62,507 bases of DNA, from assembly GCA_028282585.1 (NCBI GenBank), contig JANQHR010000088.1, positions 1 to 62,507 of the forward strand, written 5' to 3'. The stretch comes from Bacteroidales bacterium. GTDB lineage: Bacteria; Bacteroidota; Bacteroidia; Bacteroidales; UBA12077. Of this stretch, positions 57,405 to 62,507 are shown one piece after another. The position numbers were made by a program, and so were the translations under genes. A model generated the notes under the pieces. The model was not told the origin of the DNA. It searched no databases and saw only the letters and a list, made by a program, of their open reading frames with translations. The stretch's first letter is position 1, and each line of letters begins with the position of its first letter.

Positions 57405-58800
57405 GTTAGCAATAATTAGTATAAAGTTTTGCTTATTTATTTTTTATACAACGTATAGAAGCATCATAGTAATAAAAAGTATGATCTCTAGCAATACCAG
57501 TTGATCCATTTCTAAAGATTCTTGTTATACAGCTGTTATCTTCAATAGTTGAAGTGTGCACCATAGCTACCATACCTTCTGCCGCATAATCTTGAGCATT
57601 ATAGAACCCTACCGGTACAATATTAAGTAAGTAAAAGTCCGTTCCATTACCATTATTCCCTTCATAATCTTGCCAACCTTCTTTTGATTTTAAAATATTT
57701 CCAATATTTTGCTCAACGCCTCTATAAGGTTTTTCAAGTGTAGCAAACTCGTTTAACTCTGCTTCTGGCATACCTAAATAACTTTCCAACTGTTTCCATT
57801 CATCATCTGAAGGAACATGAAAACCGCATGGACACGGATTTTTCCCTTCGGTTCCCATAATCTCTGGTCCTCGATAATAGTATCCATAAATGTCACTATT
57901 TTCTGTCAATTGATAATATTCACTAGATATAGTTGTTCCATCTTGCCATTTAGTTGTTTTTAGATTTTCTCGAAGCCATACTTGATCTCCAATTTGAGTC
58001 AAATTGTAAATATTAAAGTCAGCATCATGAACTTGTGTTGGATCTAGTGGCATTGCTCTTATTGTATCATGAGTGGAAGCATGATTTAGTTTATTATATG
58101 TTTTTAAATAAAAACTATATATTTCTCCATTCTCTAATTCATTTATTTGAAGTTCATTAATTTCTTTTTCAACTTTTATTGGTTGATTAATTCCACTAAC
58201 AACTGGATTAAAGGTAATTTCAACATAATCCATATTTTCGGAGTCTTCCCATAATAGTTTGACATTTTCGTGCCCTGAAATTACTTGTAGATTATTAACA
58301 TTTGCAGGCCCAGTAAAAAAACTAAATGTCTCACTGTATGATGCCCCAACTTCTATTATATCTCCATCATCATATTCATATTTCTCTGCCCTAACTTTCC
58401 AAAAATATTTTGCTGCGTCATCAAAAACATAATAATTATCACTTGTAATCGGAATCTCTTGTGATAACTCACAATTGGGGTTTAATCCATACTGATCGTA
58501 AGCTACTTCCAGCTCATGCCAATTGATAGAATCTTTGCTAATCATGTGTGTAAAAGATGATTCTTCAGAGCGCCATGTAAACTTTATCGTTTTCTCATTA
58601 ATTACTGAGTTATTACTCGGTTCTAATAGCGTTGGTGCAATTGGGTCTTTATTAACAGAATCTTCTTTTTCACAAGAAAAACAAAAAATACAAGTAATAA
58701 TTATTGAAGATAATACAATGATATCTTTTAGTAACTTTCTCATAATCATTAATTTTAATTTTATATTGCTAATAAAAACTTTATACTAATTATTGCTAAC
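57405..58800 (-). mobile_element. Gene cassette bounded by perfect 26-bp inverted repeats
   Basis: gttagcaataattagtataaagtttt (57405-57430) is the exact reverse complement of 58775-58800. Confidence 0.75.
57433..58749 (-). CDS. Lipoprotein with FN3-like domains and a FISUMP (Fibrobacter succinogenes major paralogous) domain
   Basis: Lipobox CFSC; DADFNIY..IGDQVWLRENL, YGYYY, CPCGFHVPSDDEW, SIRCIK. Confidence 0.88.
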   Translation of the reverse strand: MIMRKLLKDIIVLSSIIITCIFCFSCEKEDSVNKDPIAPTLLEPSNNSVINEKTIKFTWRSEESSFTHMISKDSINWHELEVAYDQYGLNPNCELSQEIPITSDNYYVFDDAAKYFWKVRAEKYEYDDGDIIEVGASYSETFSFFTGPANVNNLQVISGHENVKLLWEDSENMDYVEITFNPVVSGINQPIKVEKEINELQINELENGEIYSFYLKTYNKLNHASTHDTIRAMPLDPTQVHDADFNIYNLTQIGDQVWLRENLKTTKWQDGTTISSEYYQLTENSDIYGYYYRGPEIMGTEGKNPCPCGFHVPSDDEWKQLESYLGMPEAELNEFATLEKPYRGVEQNIGNILKSKEGWQDYEGNNGNGTDFYLLNIVPVGFYNAQDYAAEGMVAMVHTSTIEDNSCITRIFRNGSTGIARDHTFYYYDASIRCIKNK

Positions 58801-58930
58801 GGTACGCATTTACTGGACGTGCGGGAGTTTCCCGTGATTCACTATCGCCCGTTGCAAGAACCAACACGAATATACACTTTTGTCATCAAACCGCCAAAAC
58901 CCCGCATGTAGTATGACTTGCTGTTATAGG
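58794..58930 (-). repeat. attC-like site
   Basis: Minus strand CCTATAAC..acatgcggggtttt..aaactcccgcacgt..GTTAGCA. Confidence 0.7.
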
Positions 58931-59017
58931 TTGGGTACTGTGCCACCATACTTGTCAAGTTGGTAAGCACAAGCCATGAAAAACAAAAAAAATAATATTA
59001 AGGTTGGGATTATTTAT

Positions 59018-59113
59018 TGCTGGTAACAGCAAAATTGGGCGGGATTACAAACTTTTTGGTAAGCCCTTGGCTGTGGGTTTGCCAAAGCAGGCTTACCAAA
59101 GTGTTTGTTAAGG
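59018..59113 (-). repeat. Long hairpin / degenerate attC-like site after ridA
   Basis: tttggtaagcc / ggcttaccaaa arms; GTTACCAGCA on the minus strand at 59027. Confidence 0.45.
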
Positions 59114-59130
59114 TTTTTGAAATCTCCTTC

Positions 59131-60393
59131 TTACGCAGGTAGTGTACCTTCAGCATTAGAAATAATAGCATCAATTTGTACTAAAGCATCCAAAGGAATA
59201 GCTGAAACACCAATTACTGTTCTTGCAGGAAGATCGCCTTTGAAGAAGTTTGTGTAAACTTCGTTTACAGCATCAATATCTGCGATATTTCTAACTTGGA
59301 TATTGATTTTGACTGCATCGTCCATATCGTGGTTTATGCTTTCCACAATTGCCTTGATGTTTTTTAGGCACTGTTCAGCCTGTTCTTTTGCACCACCAGC
59401 TACAAGTTTACCCGTTTTAACGTCTACAGGTAATTGAGCCGAAATATTGTTGTAATGAGAAAAAGCTACAGTTTGTGTAGAAAAAGCACTTACTGGAGCA
59501 TTTTCTGTATTGTTTGGCCTGATAACAATTCCATGTCTGTCTTCAACAGCTTGTGGAGGTGTACCATCTCCATGTGACACGGTTGCATCAATTTGTACCA
59601 AAGCATGCATAGGCAAAGCTTCAGCTACAACTACCGAGCGTGCAGGAATATATCCTACAGTTCTGGCGATAGATGTGTCTGGAAAGAATCTTGTATAAAC
59701 TTCGTTTACAGCTTCAATATCCGATATGTTTTGAACGTGGATATTTATTTTAACAATATCGTCAAATGGTACGTCAATACTTTCCAAAATGGATTTGATA
59801 TTCGTAAGGCACTGAGCAGTCTGCTCTTTTACACCACCAACTACAATATTGCCAGTTTTAGGATCGACAGGTAATTGAGCTGAAATGTGATTGTAATGAG
59901 AAAAAGCTACAGTTTGTGAAGACACAGAAGATTTTGGAGCATTTTCAGTGTCTCTTACAAGTTTTACCAAATCGCAAGGGGCTTGTGGATTTGTACCTTC
60001 ACCGTTTGAAATAACGGCATCCATTTGTACCAAAGCACCATCCAAAGGTAAAGCAGCAACAGCAAGCGCCGTACGTGTTGGAAGATAGCTTTGGAAGAAT
60101 GAAGCATACACTTCGTTTACAAGCTTAATATCCATGATGTTCTTAAGGTACACATTAATACGAACAACATCAGTCATCGTATGATCGATGCTTTCTACAA
60201 TGACTTTAATGTTTTCCAAACACTGCTTGGCCTGCTCTTTAATACCACCAGCTACAATTTTACCTGTTACAGCATCTACAGGCAACTGAGCTGAAATATT
60301 GTTGTAATGAGAAAAAGCTACACTCTGTGTAGATACAGTACTTACTGGTGCATTTTTCGTATTTCTTGAATTTTTTATGATTTTGCTACTCAT
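59131..60393 (-). CDS. Triple-domain RidA/YjgF family protein
   Basis: Three repeats of QxVAFSHYNxISAQLPVD..P(A/T)R..LVQxDA; identical 21-mer at 59450, 59891, 60302. Confidence 0.9.
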   Translation of the reverse strand: MSSKIIKNSRNTKNAPVSTVSTQSVAFSHYNNISAQLPVDAVTGKIVAGGIKEQAKQCLENIKVIVESIDHTMTDVVRINVYLKNIMDIKLVNEVYASFFQSYLPTRTALAVAALPLDGALVQMDAVISNGEGTNPQAPCDLVKLVRDTENAPKSSVSSQTVAFSHYNHISAQLPVDPKTGNIVVGGVKEQTAQCLTNIKSILESIDVPFDDIVKINIHVQNISDIEAVNEVYTRFFPDTSIARTVGYIPARSVVVAEALPMHALVQIDATVSHGDGTPPQAVEDRHGIVIRPNNTENAPVSAFSTQTVAFSHYNNISAQLPVDVKTGKLVAGGAKEQAEQCLKNIKAIVESINHDMDDAVKINIQVRNIADIDAVNEVYTNFFKGDLPARTVIGVSAIPLDALVQIDAIISNAEGTLPA

Positions 60394-60758
60394 ATTAAAT
60401 TTTACTTTTAGTATTTATTACTGATAATTTTTATTTGGATGACAAATTTAGACTAAATATTAATAAAATTGTCTAACAAAAAATTAATTTCTACTTTTTA
60501 CAAATAGATTAAAACTATATTAATATTTTTTTTGTAGAATATAACATAAGAATGAAGACCTTGCAAAATTTAAGCTTTTTTGCGAAGCAAAAGTGCTTAA
60601 ATGTGCGATTGATTTTCCTAAATCGACCGATAGGGAGAAAGCGAGTGGACAAACAAATTTGTTTTTATCAATAAGAGTAAAACCTATCAGATCTTCTTAT
60701 ATTCAATTATTTCAATAACGAAAAGAGATTAACTTAATAGAATTCTGGTATAAATATT

Positions 60759-60891
60759 TGCTAACCGCGTTACTAAGCTGTGCGGGAGATTCACCTTGTT
60801 TCGGTGTCAACCAACACCGAAAATTAAAAGTAGCAAATACTTGTCAAACCGCAAAATTACCCGCATGGAATGTGAGCAACGCGTGTTGTGC
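60759..60891 (-). repeat. attC-like site, homologous to 58794-58930
   Basis: Minus strand GCACAAC..cgcgttgct..catgcggg..cccgcaca..agtaacgcg GTTAGCA, 11 nt after the methyltransferase stop. Confidence 0.72.
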
Positions 60892-60902
60892 GTTCGTGCA
60901 TT

Positions 60903-61679
60903 TTATTCTATCCTTTTTATGACCATTGTTGAGCATTTGATTTCATTTTTCATATTCTCATATTCTTTTTTCTGTTGATCACAATAATTTAGAAATATTT
61001 TAGATTTACCCGGGTATTTGACAATCAATTCCTGGCATCGTTTTTTTAGATTATTGTATTCTGTATCGTAATTCGCTGTAAAGTCTTTATCTCCACTTAC
61101 ATCGACTTCATCTATTAATTGCATACCAGCATCCGAAATCTGGATTTTTAGTTCACTTTTACTAAAAACCTGTTCATGTTTAGAGCTATTCTCGTCTTCA
61201 ACGTATCCATCGTCAATTATTACAATGCCACCGTCTTTCAAGTTATTTTTTAATAATGTAAGAGTTTCAAAATAATTACCAAATACTTGACCAATAGCAC
61301 CCAATATTATTACATCATATTTCGCAAGAGTTCCTATCTTTTCTCGAATATCACCAACTTCAAATTTGCATAAATTTCCAACACCATATTCGTCAGCTTT
61401 TGATGATGAAAAAGAAATAAATTCAGGTATTGCGTCAATTCCATAACATTCACAATTTAGTTGCTTAGCTATTTTGATTGAAACAGCGCCTTTTCCACAT
61501 CCTAAATCCAATACTTTTGTATTATTAAAGCCGGTCAGATGTTTCTTAATAAGGTCTATCATCACATCAGGGTCTGAACCAATTTCCCAAAAGTCCTGAA
61601 GTATATAGGGTAAATAAGGCAAAATATCGCTGTCGGTACAGTCCATCGCGGTTAAAACGCTTTCTTCAATTGTTTTCAT
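60903..61679 (-). CDS. Class I SAM-dependent methyltransferase
   Basis: VLDLGCGKG, GIDA, FEVGD, YDVII, LKDGGIVIIDD. Confidence 0.9.
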   Translation of the reverse strand: MKTIEESVLTAMDCTDSDILPYLPYILQDFWEIGSDPDVMIDLIKKHLTGFNNTKVLDLGCGKGAVSIKIAKQLNCECYGIDAIPEFISFSSSKADEYGVGNLCKFEVGDIREKIGTLAKYDVIILGAIGQVFGNYFETLTLLKNNLKDGGIVIIDDGYVEDENSSKHEQVFSKSELKIQISDAGMQLIDEVDVSGDKDFTANYDTEYNNLKKRCQELIVKYPGKSKIFLNYCDQQKKEYENMKNEIKCSTMVIKRIE

Positions 61680-61690
61680 TATCTATTCTC

Positions 61691-62404
61691 CTATTGTATT
61701 GCTTTTTCCGGTGCTTTTTTATCAATTATCGAATCCCTTACCGGGTTACCTTCTGGAATCATATCCAATGAAAGATGCGGATGCTCCTTTGAAAGGATGC
61801 TAATAATCTTGTCTTTCGTCTCCCTGATATCTTTTCTTGAGTAAAAAGCCTCATCAGTTGAAATATAAATTATCACAATATACTGGCTACCATTTTTGCT
61901 GATGAATATGCCCTCAATTTTTAAGTTTTCAGACATATTAGAATTTATTACTGTTTCAAATTCTTTTCGTTTCGCCTGATTCTGTAAAGTTCCGCCTGCG
62001 AGTTCAATTACCGATTCTCTAATGATTGTCAAAGGTTCCTTGATGAGCATGGTAGCCAGGATCAAAACAAAGAAAGAATCTGCTAAATAGGGAATAAATC
62101 CACCACCAACAGCAGTTCCTCCCTGAGATAAAAAGAATATCCCTAAACCGATTCCCAGTGAAAGAGTGCCATCAACAAAAGTTGCTTTTTGCTCAGTCTT
62201 TAAGAGGATACTCGTATTGCCGATTGAACGGTTTTGTTGAAAGTAGAAAAAGGATACACAGTAACAGATAACTGCACAAGCTAATGCATAATAGAGAATT
62301 GGTTCCGGAATGAGCATGGGAATATTTTCAGATGCTCCAGTAAAATACATAACGATACGAATTACAGCAGTAGCCACAGACATTATCAAGACGCCAAGAA
62401 TCAT
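61691..62404 (-). pseudogene. 5'-truncated cation diffusion facilitator (CDF)
   Basis: FVDGTLS and YLAD TM5/TM6-like segments, RESVIELAG, C-terminal SKNGS domain; in-frame TGA a few codons upstream, first TMs missing. Confidence 0.6.
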
Positions 62405-62507
62405 TAGTCCGGATCACTTGAATTATTAGGTGGAGAATAAAATAAAATACATATTTGCATTTTTAGAAATATTAGAATATGAATGCAAATAGGGAGGAGC
62501 TTTTAAA

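Noticed and set aside
57405-58800. Autonomous IS element
   Set aside because: Enclosed gene is a FISUMP lipoprotein, not a transposase, and no target duplication is evident
59131-60393. Repeated 21-mers as CRISPR or DGR template/variable repeats
   Set aside because: Explained by in-frame domain triplication; no reverse transcriptase in the window
383-60978. Many 60-130 aa ORFs antisense or out of frame to long genes
   Set aside because: Shadows of well-supported CDSs, with no motifs
60796-60978. 60-aa ORF
   Set aside because: Lies across the attC-like palindrome and antisense to the methyltransferase; likewise 1963-2184

Overview
AT-rich bacterial window, most likely Bacteroidota (T9SS C-terminal domain protein, GAFTDA-type sigma54 activators, TAnnTTTG-like promoters, FISUMP and GxxExxY genes). 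In order: 3' part of asnA; two genes (mrr, DUF1428) bounded by integron-cassette-like sites; a 16.5-kb minus-strand export operon (ABC ATPase, ABC-2 permease/M1-like/golvesin-like protein, TolC, adaptor, RND, RND fused to a split ABC ATPase, ABC-2 permease) interrupted by two repeat-flanked GxxExxY genes; two sigma54 response-regulator/kinase pairs beside four MacB/FtsX-type permeases with sigma54-like promoters; an AraC-GyrI regulator; a T9SS beta-propeller protein; lipid-salvage and housekeeping genes; and a decayed accessory region (chimeric pseudogene, MITE, ankyrin, FISUMP, triple RidA, methyltransferase, truncated CDF transporter) with further attC-like sites. No rRNA, tRNA, CRISPR array, integrase or transposase was seen. 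Best candidates for undescribed systems: the hybrid RND-ABC exporter, the repeat-flanked GxxExxY elements, and integrase-less cassette arrays with long attC-like sites. All product calls come from motif recognition by eye, not database searches.
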